A DNA stretch of 64,000 nucleotides from NCBI GenBank assembly GCA_965204725.1, contig OZ242005.1, forward strand, positions 3,744,001 through 3,808,000, given 5' to 3'. A program made the translations under genes and the position numbers. The DNA comes from Candidatus Latescibacterota bacterium (lineage in GTDB: Bacteria; Latescibacterota; UBA2968; UBA8231). Below the pieces are notes generated by a model that worked only from the letters and a program-made list of their open reading frames with translations, made no database searches and was not told the origin of the DNA. Positions 39,670 to 50,393 of this stretch are shown in pieces; positions within the stretch are counted from its first letter, which is position 1, and every line of letters begins with the position of its first letter.

Positions 39670-40923
39670 ATGGCCGATTGGCAGCCTCAGGTCCCCGCAA
39701 ATGGCGACAAAATAACGTTAGTCGATGGCGCACTCCGCGTTCCCGACCAGCCCATCATCCCCTTTATCGAAGGCGACGGCACGGGGCCGGATATCTGGGC
39801 GGCGGCCGTGCGCGTTTTCGACTCAGCCGTTGAGAAGGCTTATGGCGGTCAGCGAAGGATCGCTTGGATGGAGGTTTTGGCCGGTGGGAAGGCGTTTGAG
39901 CAGACCGCTAGCTGGCTGCCCGACTCCACGGTGGAGGCCTTTAGTACCTATCTGGTCGGCATCAAGGGGCCGCTGACGACGCCTGTTGGGGGTGGGATCC
40001 GCAGCCTCAACGTGGCTTTGCGCCAGATACTCGACCTCTATGTGTGTCTGCGCCCCGTGCGCTACTTCAGCGGCGTCCCCTCGCCGGTGCGGCAACCCGA
40101 ACTGGTCGATATGGTTATCTTCCGCGAAAACACCGAGGACATCTACGCCGGGATCGAGTTTGAACAGGGTACAGACGACAACGTGCGCTTTAAGTCGCTC
40201 CTTGCCGAGCACTTTGCCGATCGCTACGGAAAAATTCGCTTTCCAGATACCGCTGGCTTGGGCGTCAAGCCCATCTCGCAAGAGGGCACCGAGCGGCTGG
40301 TCCGTGCTGCTATTGACTACGCCGCGGCCCAAGGCCGCGAGAGCGTTACTTTGGTACACAAGGGCAACATCATGAAGTTCACCGAAGGGGCCTTCCGCGA
40401 CTGGGGCTACGAGGTGGCGCGAAAGGCGTATGGCGGCGAGGAAATCGACGGCGGCCCTTGGACGAGCCTCGTGGTTGACGGCACCCAGATCACGGTCAAG
40501 GACGCGATCGCCGACGCCTTTTTACAGCAGATTCTCACGCGCCCGGCCGAGTATTCGGTCATCGCCACGATGAACCTCAACGGCGATTACATCAGCGACG
40601 CGCTGGCCGCTTGCGTCGGCGGCATCGGCATCGCGCCGGGGGGCAACATCAATTACGCCACGGGCCATGCCATCTTTGAGGCCACCCACGGCACCGCTCC
40701 CAAATACGCGGGCCAAGACAAGGTCAACCCCGGTTCGGTGATCCTGTCGGGCGAGATGATGTTCCGCCACTTGGGGTGGAACGAGGCGGCCGACCGGATC
40801 GTCAAGGGGCTGGAGCAGACGATTGCGAGCCGGGTCGTCACCTACGACTTTGCGCGGCTGATGGACGCGCCGACCGAGGTCAAGTGCTCGGAGTTCGGCG
40901 CAGCCATTATCGAGAACATGTAG
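39670..40923 (+). CDS. icd: NADP-dependent isocitrate dehydrogenase
   Basis: [48 protein letters not shown]. Confidence 0.96.
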   Translation: MADWQPQVPANGDKITLVDGALRVPDQPIIPFIEGDGTGPDIWAAAVRVFDSAVEKAYGGQRRIAWMEVLAGGKAFEQTASWLPDSTVEAFSTYLVGIKGPLTTPVGGGIRSLNVALRQILDLYVCLRPVRYFSGVPSPVRQPELVDMVIFRENTEDIYAGIEFEQGTDDNVRFKSLLAEHFADRYGKIRFPDTAGLGVKPISQEGTERLVRAAIDYAAAQGRESVTLVHKGNIMKFTEGAFRDWGYEVARKAYGGEEIDGGPWTSLVVDGTQITVKDAIADAFLQQILTRPAEYSVIATMNLNGDYISDALAACVGGIGIAPGGNINYATGHAIFEATHGTAPKYAGQDKVNPGSVILSGEMMFRHLGWNEAADRIVKGLEQTIASRVVTYDFARLMDAPTEVKCSEFGAAIIENM

Positions 40924-41420
40924 TGGCCGACGCGCTGACTCACCTCGACGAGCAGGGCCGCCTCAAGATGGTTGATGTGAGCGGCAAGGAGCCGACGGCG
41001 CGGATGGCGCGGGTGCGCGGCGAGATTCGCATGGACGGCGCGACGGCACGGCTGATTGCTGAGAATAAAGTCGCCAAGGGCAGCGTCTTGGAAGCGGCGC
41101 GACTGGCCGGGATCATGGCCGCCAAGCGCACGGGGGAGTTAATTCCCTTGTGCCATCCGCTCAACCTGACTGCGGTCAGCGTGGATTTGCACGTTGGCGA
41201 GGATCGGGTCGAAGTTGAGGCCGAGGCGAGGATTGACGACCGCACGGGCGTAGAGATGGAGGCACTGGTGGCGGCGAGCACGGCGCTTTTGACGATCTAC
41301 GACATGTGCAAGGGCGTCGATCGCGGAATGGTGATCTCCGAGTTGCGGCTCATGGAGAAACGGGGCGGGCAGAGTGGGGCGTGGGTGCGGGACGAGGATA
41401 GAACGGGATCGAACTGTTGA
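40923..41420 (+). CDS. moaC: Cyclic pyranopterin monophosphate synthase
   Basis: LTH...MVDV, LIPLCHP, TGVEMEAL, IYDMCK. Confidence 0.93.
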   Translation: MADALTHLDEQGRLKMVDVSGKEPTARMARVRGEIRMDGATARLIAENKVAKGSVLEAARLAGIMAAKRTGELIPLCHPLNLTAVSVDLHVGEDRVEVEAEARIDDRTGVEMEALVAASTALLTIYDMCKGVDRGMVISELRLMEKRGGQSGAWVRDEDRTGSNC

Positions 41421-41673
41421 GCGATGGGAGCCTGCTAGCGTCTTCGACCAAGGATATGTTAAATGATGACTTTTGTAACTTTGAGAGCGGTATTGTATTA
41501 GCCCGGCTTGTCCGCCTCCACTGTGCGTAAAAAGAGAGGCCAGATCGTCTTTACTTCTCATCCAAGACGAACCGAAACCAACGCCGATTTGGTGTGTTCT
41601 TTCGGTCTCGGCTTCCAAGCATTGCGCGAGCAGTACACAACCCACAAAACCCCAACCAATACGCCGCATTATA

Positions 41674-41792
41674 TATAGCAGTCCTAAATAACTTGAAAGC
41701 ATGGAATGTTGATCGGCCCGGTCTTTTTTGCCGATGAGGCGTCATTCCCGCGCAAGCGGGAATCCAGTCTCGAAGGATGTAGGATTGCTATA
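41674..41792. mobile_element. ~119-bp MITE (type B) with TATAGCA.TCCTA ends and an internal dRS3-like palindrome
   Basis: TATAGCAGTCCTA / TAGGATTGCTATA inverted ends; GTCATTCCCGCGCAAGCGGGAATCC at 41741-41765; second copy at 9303-9426. Confidence 0.78.
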
Positions 41793-41802
41793 TGACTCCA
41801 TC

Positions 41803-42717
41803 CTATACCGCCGATCCCAGCTTGAGCAACACGGCCTTCTGACTGTGCAGGCGGTTTTCGGCCTGAGTGAATATCAGCGAGCGCTCGTCGTGCAAGAGGT
41901 CACCTTCGATCTCGTAGCCGTGGTGGGCGGGTAAGCAGTGCAGGATTTTCAGGTCCAGACCGGCGAGCAACTCGCGGCTGAGTTGATAGGGCTGGAAGGT
42001 TTGGACCCGGCGCTCCTTTTCGCGGGCGAACTTGGGGTCGGTGAAAAACTCCATGTCGATCCAAGTGTCGGTGTACACGGCGTCAGACTTTGCCAACGCC
42101 GGGTGCAGATCCTCAGTGTGCTCGTAGAGTCCCAAGCGCTTGGCTTCGGCGTAGAGCGCGTCGTCGCGGGCAGCCTCGTTGATCTCCGGGCAGACGCAAG
42201 TGACGTGCATGCCCACTTTGACGCCAGCGGCAATGAGCGAGTTGGCGACGTTGTTGAGAACCCCGATGTATGTCAGGCGCATTCCTTCGAGCCGACCGAA
42301 AGCCTCCTGTAGGGTCATTAGATCGGCCAATGCCTGCAAGGGGTGGTAGCGGTTGCAGCAGCCGTTCATCAGCGGTACTTGCGAGGCCGCGGCCGCCCGG
42401 CGCACATCGGCGTGTTCGAGCAGGCGAGCGACGATGAAGTCGGAGTAGCCGGAGAGGACGCGGAACTCGTCGCCTAAGTCGGCGAGGCCGAAGTTGGTGT
42501 TTAGCCAATCGAGGTAGAGGGCGTGGCCGCCTAGCTGAGCGGTGCCGATTTCGCCGGCGCACCGGGTGCGGGTCGAAGTCTTTTGGAAGAGCAGGATCAC
42601 CGTGCGTCCAGAGAGGGCGTCGGCGTAGTGCTGCGGGGTGGCCTTGACGGCGAGGCCGAGCTCGACAGCTTGCTGCACGTCGGCTGGGGACCAGTCCTTT
42701 AGGGTAATTAAATGCAA
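41803..42717 (-). CDS. argF: Ornithine carbamoyltransferase
   Basis: STRTR, HPLQALAD, YTDTW, HCLP, QAENR. Confidence 0.9.
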   Translation of the reverse strand: MHLITLKDWSPADVQQAVELGLAVKATPQHYADALSGRTVILLFQKTSTRTRCAGEIGTAQLGGHALYLDWLNTNFGLADLGDEFRVLSGYSDFIVARLLEHADVRRAAAASQVPLMNGCCNRYHPLQALADLMTLQEAFGRLEGMRLTYIGVLNNVANSLIAAGVKVGMHVTCVCPEINEAARDDALYAEAKRLGLYEHTEDLHPALAKSDAVYTDTWIDMEFFTDPKFAREKERRVQTFQPYQLSRELLAGLDLKILHCLPAHHGYEIEGDLLHDERSLIFTQAENRLHSQKAVLLKLGSAV

Positions 42718-42784
42718 TGGAACGTTTCCTTACTTTGTTGCTTCGTTGGAGTGAAGTAAAACTATAGTAAATAAAAATTTGCAA

Positions 42785-43753
42785 TCAAGAATAATTATTA
42801 CTAAAGCGCAAGTGGCGGTCAATTTCGGCCAATACGTTCTCCACTATCTCTTGGGGCGCGCCCGTTAGCTCTAGCCCGGCGGCGCGGGCGTGACCGCCGC
42901 CACCAAAAGTGCCGGCGACTTGGCTGACGTCGACCTCGGCGCGGGAGCGCAAGCTGATGCGGTAGCATCCGGGGGAGCGTTCCTTGAGCAGCACGGCCAC
43001 TTCAACGCCCCTAATCATCAGGCCGTAGTTGACGACTTCGTCCGGTTCGCCCGCGCCCATGGCTTCGTGGTCGAGATGGAGCACCGCCACTCGGCCGCCA
43101 AGGCGCAGCACCAAGCTCTCAATGGCTTGGCCGCGCTGCTTGACCGAGCCGAGGCTCTTGTTGCCAAAGACGCCCTCGGCGATAGCGTCGAGCTGTGCGC
43201 CGCGCCGCACTAGGTCGGCCGCCACTTCAAAGGTGGTTGCCGTGGTTAGCGAGAAGCGAAAGCCGCCGGTATCAAAGAGAATCCCCGCATAGAGTTGGGC
43301 GGCGACGACCGCGTCGATCTCATAGCCGAGGCCGCTGGCGACATGGTAGAGGAGCTCGCAGGTAGAGCTGATCTCCGCCACGATATTCACCGCGCCAAAG
43401 CCCTCATTGCCGCGGTGGTGATCGATGTTGAGGAGACGAATGTCGGGGCTGAGACTTGGGCGCACCGGGCCGATGCGGTCGAGGGAGGGGCAGTCGGCGA
43501 CAATGGCGCAGCGATAGCGGGCCAAGTCGAGGTCGGCAAAGTGGCGCACGCCGTCCCAGCCGGCGAGAAAGGAGCATTGGTCCGCTGGTGGCTCGGGCAG
43601 GCCGATGTCGGCGCGCTTGCCGAGGCCCCTCAGCAGGTGCGCCCAAGCCATGCAGGCCCCTAGGCCATCGGCGTCGCTGTTGACGTGGGTGGTAAGCAGG
43701 AAGTCGTCTGCTGCCTCAATGAAGGCCTGCGTTGCTTTTAGCTTCAGGTCCAA
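42785..43753 (-). CDS. nrnA: DHH/DHHA1 phosphoesterase (NrnA-like)
   Basis: H..SDADGLG, IDHH, DTGGF, SLRS, GGGGH. Confidence 0.85.
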   Translation of the reverse strand: MDLKLKATQAFIEAADDFLLTTHVNSDADGLGACMAWAHLLRGLGKRADIGLPEPPADQCSFLAGWDGVRHFADLDLARYRCAIVADCPSLDRIGPVRPSLSPDIRLLNIDHHRGNEGFGAVNIVAEISSTCELLYHVASGLGYEIDAVVAAQLYAGILFDTGGFRFSLTTATTFEVAADLVRRGAQLDAIAEGVFGNKSLGSVKQRGQAIESLVLRLGGRVAVLHLDHEAMGAGEPDEVVNYGLMIRGVEVAVLLKERSPGCYRISLRSRAEVDVSQVAGTFGGGGHARAAGLELTGAPQEIVENVLAEIDRHLRFSNNYS

Positions 43754-43755
43754 AG

Positions 43756-44514
43756 TTATTTCTCCGCTCGCGGAGCGCGTAGGACAAAGTGAACGCGGTC
43801 CGATTCCTCGGTCCCCTCGTCAAAGGTGAAACCGTCAAAGAACGCGAGCAACTCCCAAGGACTCGCCTCGACGCGGGCGGCGACCGCAGCGACCCGGTAG
43901 ATGCGCTGAACATGGGTTTCCTCTAGCGCGACGTCGCTCCCGTCGCGGCGGATGCGGAAGTGGTTGCTCTGTAGCCGCCGGTCTGGGTCGTAGATGCTGT
44001 GCCGCTCGTAGGAAAAACCCGGCCCCCGCTCGCTGGTGCGCATATTGCGGAAGTAGCGCAGCGAGTTACGCTCGGTGCAGACGTCAAAGACGAAAAGCCC
44101 ACCCGGCTGCACAATGGCATGCACACCGCGCAGGGCCGCGTCGAGGTCGGCAGGTGAGAGCAGGTAGTTGAAGCTGTCGTACAGGCAAGTGGCCGCGTCA
44201 AAAGGGCCTAGGCCCGCTAGCTGGCGCAAGTCCTGCTCGATGAACTCGACATCGGTGCCGGCGGCCTTTTCGCGGGCGACTTGCAGCATGGCCTCGGAGC
44301 GGTCCACGCCCGTTACCTCATAGCCGAGGCGGTGGAGCGCGAAAGACACGTTGCCGGTGCCGCAGGCCAAGTCCGCGACGCGGATGGCGTTTGGGGCAAA
44401 GCGGGCGAAGATCGCGTGGATGTAAGCGGCCCACGCGCCGTAATCGACGTGGGCCATTACATAGTCGTAAATCGGGGCTAGCCCTTGATAGGGTGCTTGC
44501 GCGGCGTTACCCAC
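43756..44514 (-). CDS. Class I SAM-dependent methyltransferase
   Basis: DLACGTG, GVDRS..ML, DSFNY, PGGLFVFD. Confidence 0.88.
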   Translation of the reverse strand: MGNAAQAPYQGLAPIYDYVMAHVDYGAWAAYIHAIFARFAPNAIRVADLACGTGNVSFALHRLGYEVTGVDRSEAMLQVAREKAAGTDVEFIEQDLRQLAGLGPFDAATCLYDSFNYLLSPADLDAALRGVHAIVQPGGLFVFDVCTERNSLRYFRNMRTSERGPGFSYERHSIYDPDRRLQSNHFRIRRDGSDVALEETHVQRIYRVAAVAARVEASPWELLAFFDGFTFDEGTEESDRVHFVLRAPRAEK

Positions 44515-44524
44515 AGGTCGCGTC

Positions 44525-44806
44525 CTAAAAGCTCAAGTCTTCGTACGGGTCGCGGTATTCTTCGCGGAGGATCCGATAAAAGCGGCCGCGGTCCCGCCGG
44601 GCGGGCGGGCGCTCTGGGAGGCCGAGGACCTCGATGTCGAGCAGGCGGGTGGGCGTGGCAATGTGGATCTGCTCGCCCACGACCACGGCGTGGGAAGCCT
44701 TCGCCTGCTGGCCGCCGATCTGAACTCGCCCGGCGTCGCAGGCCCGCTTGGCTTCACTGCGCTGCTTGATCAGCCCCGTGTTCTTCAGAAATATATCCAG
44801 TCGCAT
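44525..44806 (-). CDS. S4-domain RNA-binding protein (Hsp15/RqcP-like)
   Basis: MRLDIFL...LIKQRSEAKRACDAGRV. Confidence 0.85.
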   Translation of the reverse strand: MRLDIFLKNTGLIKQRSEAKRACDAGRVQIGGQQAKASHAVVVGEQIHIATPTRLLDIEVLGLPERPPARRDRGRFYRILREEYRDPYEDLSF

Positions 44807-46091
44807 CCCGTACTGGTCGGCGCAAGTTCTCCTCGTCGAGCCGAACCTCGATGTGGATTTGCTGCCGGTATTCGTCGATTAGTTGGCGCATGGCCTCTTC
44901 GGTGCGGATTTCGCGGATTAGGCCCTCGATCGCGGCTTGGTCGTCGTTGATTTTGACGAGGTAGCCCCCATCGTCCAGAAAGAAAGGCTCGCTAACGCCG
45001 CCCAGCTTGAGGTTGCGGAGGTACGGCTGGAGGAAGGGGGGAATCTGGTCCTTGGGGAAGGTCCCCCACAGGCCCCCCTGCATGGCCGTCTGCGGGTTGG
45101 CCGAATAGAGGCGAGCGAGCTGGGAAAACTCCTCGCTGTTCAGGGCGCGGCGGCGCAAATCCGCTAGCGTTTCCCGTGTGCGGGCTTGGTCGCTTTCCGA
45201 GGTTTTGGCCAAAACGAGGATGTGGCTGGCGCAGATGGAGGTTTCGCGTTTTTCGCGCACCTGTATCAGGTGGTAGCCGTACGGGCTCAAAACCGGCTCG
45301 CTCGTCTGGCCCGGCTTGAGGGCGAAGGCCGCTTCCTCAAACTCGGGCACCAAAGTCCGCGGCGCGAAACAGCCCAAGTCGCCGCCGAGAGAGGCGCTGC
45401 CGGGGTCTTCAGAGTGGGCGCGGGCTATGGCGGCAAAGTCGCCACCAGCCGCTAGCAGGGCTTGAATCTCTTCGATCCGCGCCCGTTTCTCTTTTAGCAC
45501 CTCATCGCTGGGCTGGACCTTGAGCAGAATGTGGCTGAGCGAGATTTGGGAAGGTAAGGTGTCTTGGTATGCGCTGCGGAACGCCTCTACATCGCGGTGG
45601 CTGACGTGTACCCGATACGAGACAAAGGCGCGCATCTGGCGCGAGAGCAGGCGGTGGCGGATTTCCTTGCGGTAGCGAGCCTTGAGTTGGCGCTCGCTCA
45701 AGCCCACGCGCGCTAGCATTTTCTCGAATTCTCCGTCGTCCATGCTGCTCTTGGCCATCTGGAACTGCTGGCCGAGCATTTCCTCGACTTCGGATGGATC
45801 AATCTGAATGCTGTCCTGCTTGGCCTTGAGAACCAGTACTTGCTCGTCGATCATGGCGTTGAGAATCGCGCGGCGCTCGGCCGCCAACTCCGCGGATTCG
45901 ACGAAGAGCGAGAGCCCGCGCTGCTCGGCCTCAAAGCGCAGCCGATAGTTGAGCTCAGACCAGAGGATCGTGTGATTGTCAACGGTGGCGACGATGCGGT
46001 CAATGAGTTCGGGCAAAGCCCCCGCGCGCGGCGCGATGCACAGGGTGAGGCAGAGCGTTAATAGCAGGCGATTTGGCGAATGCAGTGGCAT
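44754..46091 (-). CDS. surA: SurA-like peptidyl-prolyl isomerase
   Basis: DRIVATVD, HIL, SEDPGSA..GGDLG, YGYHLI; two parvulin domains. Confidence 0.8.
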   Translation of the reverse strand: MPLHSPNRLLLTLCLTLCIAPRAGALPELIDRIVATVDNHTILWSELNYRLRFEAEQRGLSLFVESAELAAERRAILNAMIDEQVLVLKAKQDSIQIDPSEVEEMLGQQFQMAKSSMDDGEFEKMLARVGLSERQLKARYRKEIRHRLLSRQMRAFVSYRVHVSHRDVEAFRSAYQDTLPSQISLSHILLKVQPSDEVLKEKRARIEEIQALLAAGGDFAAIARAHSEDPGSASLGGDLGCFAPRTLVPEFEEAAFALKPGQTSEPVLSPYGYHLIQVREKRETSICASHILVLAKTSESDQARTRETLADLRRRALNSEEFSQLARLYSANPQTAMQGGLWGTFPKDQIPPFLQPYLRNLKLGGVSEPFFLDDGGYLVKINDDQAAIEGLIREIRTEEAMRQLIDEYRQQIHIEVRLDEENLRRPVRDATGYISEEHGADQAAQ

Positions 46092-46093
46092 AC

Positions 46094-46915
46094 TCAGGGG
46101 GGGGTGGGGGCTGCGATAGCCCAGTCGGCAGAGTCTTTGAGTTTGGCGACGAGTTGGTCGAGCTGAGATTGATGATGCGCGCGCACGAGTGCCGCAACGA
46201 TCTGAGAGCGCACTTGCGCGAGGTCGCGGATCGTGCCAACCTCGCAGTGCTCTAGGATCTGGATGAGATGGTAGCCGTACTCTGTGTATATCGGCTCGGA
46301 GATGCGATTGAGCGGCAGGTCTTGGCACACGGCCCATAGCACGGGATTTTCTGCTTCGGAGAAATAGCCCAGCTCACCGCCCTGGTTGCGGGTAGCGTCG
46401 TCGTGCGAGTACTTGCGGGCCACCTCGGCAAAACTCTCGCCGCGCTGGCGCAGAGTTTGGCGCTGGGCGTTGGCCTCGCGCTGGCTGGTCAAGAGGATGT
46501 GCCGCGCCCGAATCTCGGGGTGAAGCCGGCGAAAATCGGCTTGATGCGCGTCGTAGTAGCGGCGAATAGCGGCCTCGCCGAAAGCGAGCTCCCGGTCTTG
46601 AAACTCGGCGTCGAGCAGGGCCGCTATTAGCAGGTCGCGCCGCATCTGCGCTAGGAGCGTTTTGAGCCGCGTCTGCTGATGAAGCCCGCGGGCGAGCGCT
46701 TCCTGATAGATCAACTCTTGGCGCACCCAGTCCTCAATGAGCTGCGCTCGCTCGCCTTCGGTTAAATCGGCACTGGGGCGCAGAGCGAGCTGGCTCGTCA
46801 GCTCGCTTTCCGTGAGCACGGCGTCGCCAACGCGGGCGACGATGTCGCGGGTGCCCGACGGTTCACAGCCGAATAGGGCGCTGAGCGCGAGGGCGCTGGC
46901 AAGCAGGGTTTTCAG
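46094..46915 (-). CDS. Parvulin-type PPIase lipoprotein (start uncertain, probably CTG)
   Basis: Lipobox LFGC, ARHIL, GGELGY, YGYHLI; CTGA overlap with the mfd stop and GGAGG upstream. Confidence 0.78.
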   Translation of the reverse strand: MKTLLASALALSALFGCEPSGTRDIVARVGDAVLTESELTSQLALRPSADLTEGERAQLIEDWVRQELIYQEALARGLHQQTRLKTLLAQMRRDLLIAALLDAEFQDRELAFGEAAIRRYYDAHQADFRRLHPEIRARHILLTSQREANAQRQTLRQRGESFAEVARKYSHDDATRNQGGELGYFSEAENPVLWAVCQDLPLNRISEPIYTEYGYHLIQILEHCEVGTIRDLAQVRSQIVAALVRAHHQSQLDQLVAKLKDSADWAIAAPTPP

Positions 46916-49900
46916 AGGATTTCCTCCAAAATGTTGTGCGCCTTTTTTAAGCGCTCTATCTCGTCGCGGCCCGGCACCCGAGCCTCGACCCTGAACTGAT
47001 CGCCCAAGTCGAAGTCTAGCTGGGTGGAACACTGCTCCACCATCTTCTGAATATCGGCCGGTGAGACTGGCCGGTCTGGCAGAAAGGCGAGGCGAAAGCG
47101 GCTTTGCTCCAACTGGACGCTTTCAAGGCCGAGTTGGCGGGCCATGATCTTGATTTCCATGATGTGCATGAGTGCGTGCGCTGGCTGGGGCAGGCGTCCA
47201 AAGCGATCTTGCATCTCCTCGCGAATATCCAAAAGATCGACGATGCGGCCGGCGTCGGCTAAGCGCTGATAAAATTCCATCTTTTGGTCTGGGTCGCGCA
47301 GATATTCATCTGGAATATAAGCCGAGACCGCAATTTTTATCTCGGGTTCGGGGCTGTCGGGTGCGTACTCGCCCTTGATTTCGCGCATGGCCTCGTCGAG
47401 CAAGCGGCAGTAGAGGTCAAAGCCGACCGCGGCGATAAACCCGTGTTGCTGCGCCCCCACTAGATTGCCGGCACCGCGGATCTCTAGATCGCGCATGGCG
47501 ATGTTGAATCCAGACCCTAAATCGGCAAATTCCTCAATGGCGCGCAGGCGCAGGCGGCTCTTCTTGGTCAGCTTCTTGCCCTTGGGCACCAGCAAATAGG
47601 CGTAGGCGCGCTCGTTGGAGCGGCCGACTCGGCCTCTGATTTGGTAGAGTTGGCTCAGGCCCAGCGCGTCGGCGCGGTTGACGATGATGGTGTTGACCGA
47701 AGGGATGTCGATACCCGATTCAATGATCATAGTGCAGACTAAACAATCGTACTTTCGTTCCAAGAAATCGACCATGACCTTCTCTAGCTGCCTAGGGGGC
47801 ATCTGCCCGTGGGCGACGCCAAAGCGCACCTGTGGCAGAAGGTCTTGCAGGTATTCCTTGAGCCGCTGAATCGACTGTACTCGGTTGTGGACGAAATAGA
47901 CTTGACCGCCGCGCTCGACCTCGCGGTGGATGGCCTCGGCAATGCGGGCCTCGTCAAAGGCTAGTATCTCGGTGTGAATGGGCAGGCGGTCCTGCGGCGG
48001 GGTGTTGATCACCGACATGTCCCGAGCACCCATCATCGACATGTGTAAGGTGCGCGGAATCGGGGTCGCCGTCAGGGTCAGCACATCGACGAGCCGCTTT
48101 AGCTGCTTGAGCCGTTCCTTGTGGCGGACCCCAAAGCGCTGCTCCTCATCGACGATCAAAAGCCCTAAGTCGCGGAAGCGAATGTCCTTGGAGAGGATGC
48201 GATGGGTGCCGATGAGCACATCGACTTGGCCGTTTTTGACGGCGCGGAGGATCTGCTGTTGTTCCTTGGGCGAGCGGAAGCGGCTGAGTACCTCGACCCG
48301 CGCTGGGGTGTGCCCCATGCGTTCGGAGAAGGTCTGGTGGTGCTGCTCGGCGAGAATGGTGGTGGGCACCAGCACGGCGGTCTGCTTGTGGTCGCAAACG
48401 GCCTTGAAGGCCGCGCGCACGGCGATTTCGGTCTTGCCATAGCCTACATCGCCGCAGACTAAGCGATCCATCGGATGCGGCGTTTCCATGTCATTTTTGA
48501 CTTCTTCCATGGTGCGTAACTGGTCGGGCGTCTCTTGGAAGGGAAAGGCCGCCTCTAACTCGCGGTGCAGAGTTCCATCGGCTGAGAACACAAAGCCGGG
48601 CCTTGCCTTGCGCTCGGCGTAGAGGTGTACCAACTCGCTGGCCATTTTGAAGATCTCTTTGCGTGTGCGCTCCTTGAGCTTTTCCCAAGCGGCGCTGCCC
48701 AGCTTGTTGAGCATGGGTATCTCGCCGTCGGCACTGGAATACTTGCGCAAGCGATCGAGCTGTTCGACCGGGACGAAGACGCGGTCTTGGTCCTGATAGG
48801 CCACGACGAGGCAATCGTGCTCGCGCCCGCCGATTCGCAGGCGGCGGATGCCCGAGTAGCGGCCAATGCCGTGGTCGATGTGAACGACGAAATCGCCGCG
48901 CTGCAAGGCGCCGTAGTTGGCGATGGACTGGGCGGAGCGGAACCTGCGGTAGCGGTAGCGGCGCTTCTGGCGGCTGAAGATCTCGTGGTCGTTGAGCAGG
49001 GCTAGCTGGGCTTGCGGAAAGATGAAGCCTCGATGCAGCGAACCCAAGCCGAAGTGGATCTCGGGGCAATCGGCGAACACCTCTTGTAAGCGGCTCGCCT
49101 GCCCTTTGGTCTCGCAGCGGATGTGGATGGCGTAGGACTCGGCTGCGAGTCGGTCCATTTCCTGCTGGAGGAGGGCGCGCTCGCCGGCAAAGCTGCGCGG
49201 CGTCGTGGCCTCGAAGCGGACAGCGTTGTCGAGCTGGCCCAAGGGGGCTGGCTCGAGCCGGGTGCGGTGGTCTAGCTGCGCGATGAGCCAATCCCGGTCG
49301 CGCAGGAGTGCGGACGGAGGCAGCCGCGATTCCTTTTGCCGCGACCGTTCGTACTCTTGGCGCGGCTTTGCTAGGGCCTTGTCGAGGGCTGCGGCGATGT
49401 CCTCGCGCTCCGCCAAAAAGAGCACCGGCTCCTTGAGGTACTCGAAAAGCCCGTCGTCGCGGCCGTAGAGGAGGGACATGTAGCACTCAATGCCGTCGAG
49501 CGACTCGCCGAACTCCAGCTGGTCTTTCAGCGGCGCGAGGGCTTCGGCCGCGTCAGCGGCCTCAATCCGCTGGAGATAATCTTCGTAAAAGGGGGAATCG
49601 AGCAGCACCTCGCGCGCCGGCAGCACCCAAGCCTCTTCGCAGGTGCTCAGCGAGCGCTGAGTGCCGACGTCAAAGTGGCGGATGGATTCGATCTCGTCGC
49701 CGAAGAACTCGCAGCGGTAGGGGTGCTCAACGCCAAAAGGGTATATGTCGAGGATGCCGCCGCGCAGGCTGAACTGACCGATGCCGTCGATGGCCGCGAC
49801 GCGATCAAAGCCACAGGCGACCCAGTGCGAGCAGAGTGCGTCGAGGTCTCGTTCCTCCCCTACCTTGAGGAGCTCAGTGCCCAATTCGAGGGCATGGGGC

Positions 49901-50310
49901 GGAATTAGCGGATTGAGCAGCGCCGAGGCCGGGGCGACGACGAGGGCCGGTCCGCCGCGCATGAGCCGATCGGCCGCGGCCACGCGCAAGCTGGTAATTT
50001 CGAGGTCTGGGGACTGCCGGTCGTAGATTCCAGTGTCCCAAGCGGGGAAGTAATAGACCATCTGCTCGCCGGCAATGACTTGGAGGTCGTCGCGCCACTG
50101 CTCGGCCTGATCTTCGTCGGCCGCGACGATGAAGACGGGGCGCTCAAAGGCCGTGCGAATGTGACTGGCGAGAAACGCGGCTAGGGTTGTAGGCAACCCG
50201 TGGAAGAGGATGTGTTGCTCGCCATTCGCAAGCCGGGCCGCGGCCTCTTTGAAGCTATTCGTCTGAGAGGTCAGGCGAACGATGTGGTCGAGTGAATGGG
50301 CCGAATCCAT
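46912..50310 (-). CDS. mfd: Transcription-repair coupling factor
   Basis: RGGILDIY, VHIDHGIG, GDVGYGKT, DEEQRFG, QIRGRVGR, RDLEIRGAG. Confidence 0.97.
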   Translation of the reverse strand: MDSAHSLDHIVRLTSQTNSFKEAAARLANGEQHILFHGLPTTLAAFLASHIRTAFERPVFIVAADEDQAEQWRDDLQVIAGEQMVYYFPAWDTGIYDRQSPDLEITSLRVAAADRLMRGGPALVVAPASALLNPLIPPHALELGTELLKVGEERDLDALCSHWVACGFDRVAAIDGIGQFSLRGGILDIYPFGVEHPYRCEFFGDEIESIRHFDVGTQRSLSTCEEAWVLPAREVLLDSPFYEDYLQRIEAADAAEALAPLKDQLEFGESLDGIECYMSLLYGRDDGLFEYLKEPVLFLAEREDIAAALDKALAKPRQEYERSRQKESRLPPSALLRDRDWLIAQLDHRTRLEPAPLGQLDNAVRFEATTPRSFAGERALLQQEMDRLAAESYAIHIRCETKGQASRLQEVFADCPEIHFGLGSLHRGFIFPQAQLALLNDHEIFSRQKRRYRYRRFRSAQSIANYGALQRGDFVVHIDHGIGRYSGIRRLRIGGREHDCLVVAYQDQDRVFVPVEQLDRLRKYSSADGEIPMLNKLGSAAWEKLKERTRKEIFKMASELVHLYAERKARPGFVFSADGTLHRELEAAFPFQETPDQLRTMEEVKNDMETPHPMDRLVCGDVGYGKTEIAVRAAFKAVCDHKQTAVLVPTTILAEQHHQTFSERMGHTPARVEVLSRFRSPKEQQQILRAVKNGQVDVLIGTHRILSKDIRFRDLGLLIVDEEQRFGVRHKERLKQLKRLVDVLTLTATPIPRTLHMSMMGARDMSVINTPPQDRLPIHTEILAFDEARIAEAIHREVERGGQVYFVHNRVQSIQRLKEYLQDLLPQVRFGVAHGQMPPRQLEKVMVDFLERKYDCLVCTMIIESGIDIPSVNTIIVNRADALGLSQLYQIRGRVGRSNERAYAYLLVPKGKKLTKKSRLRLRAIEEFADLGSGFNIAMRDLEIRGAGNLVGAQQHGFIAAVGFDLYCRLLDEAMREIKGEYAPDSPEPEIKIAVSAYIPDEYLRDPDQKMEFYQRLADAGRIVDLLDIREEMQDRFGRLPQPAHALMHIMEIKIMARQLGLESVQLEQSRFRLAFLPDRPVSPADIQKMVEQCSTQLDFDLGDQFRVEARVPGRDEIERLKKAHNILEEIL

Positions 50311-50393
50311 TCCGTTCTCAACGTGCTATTAGAGCAGTTTATTCAGCGAAAACAGCCGAGGTAGGGCCTGTCCGCAGCCGAGCAATCCGAAAA

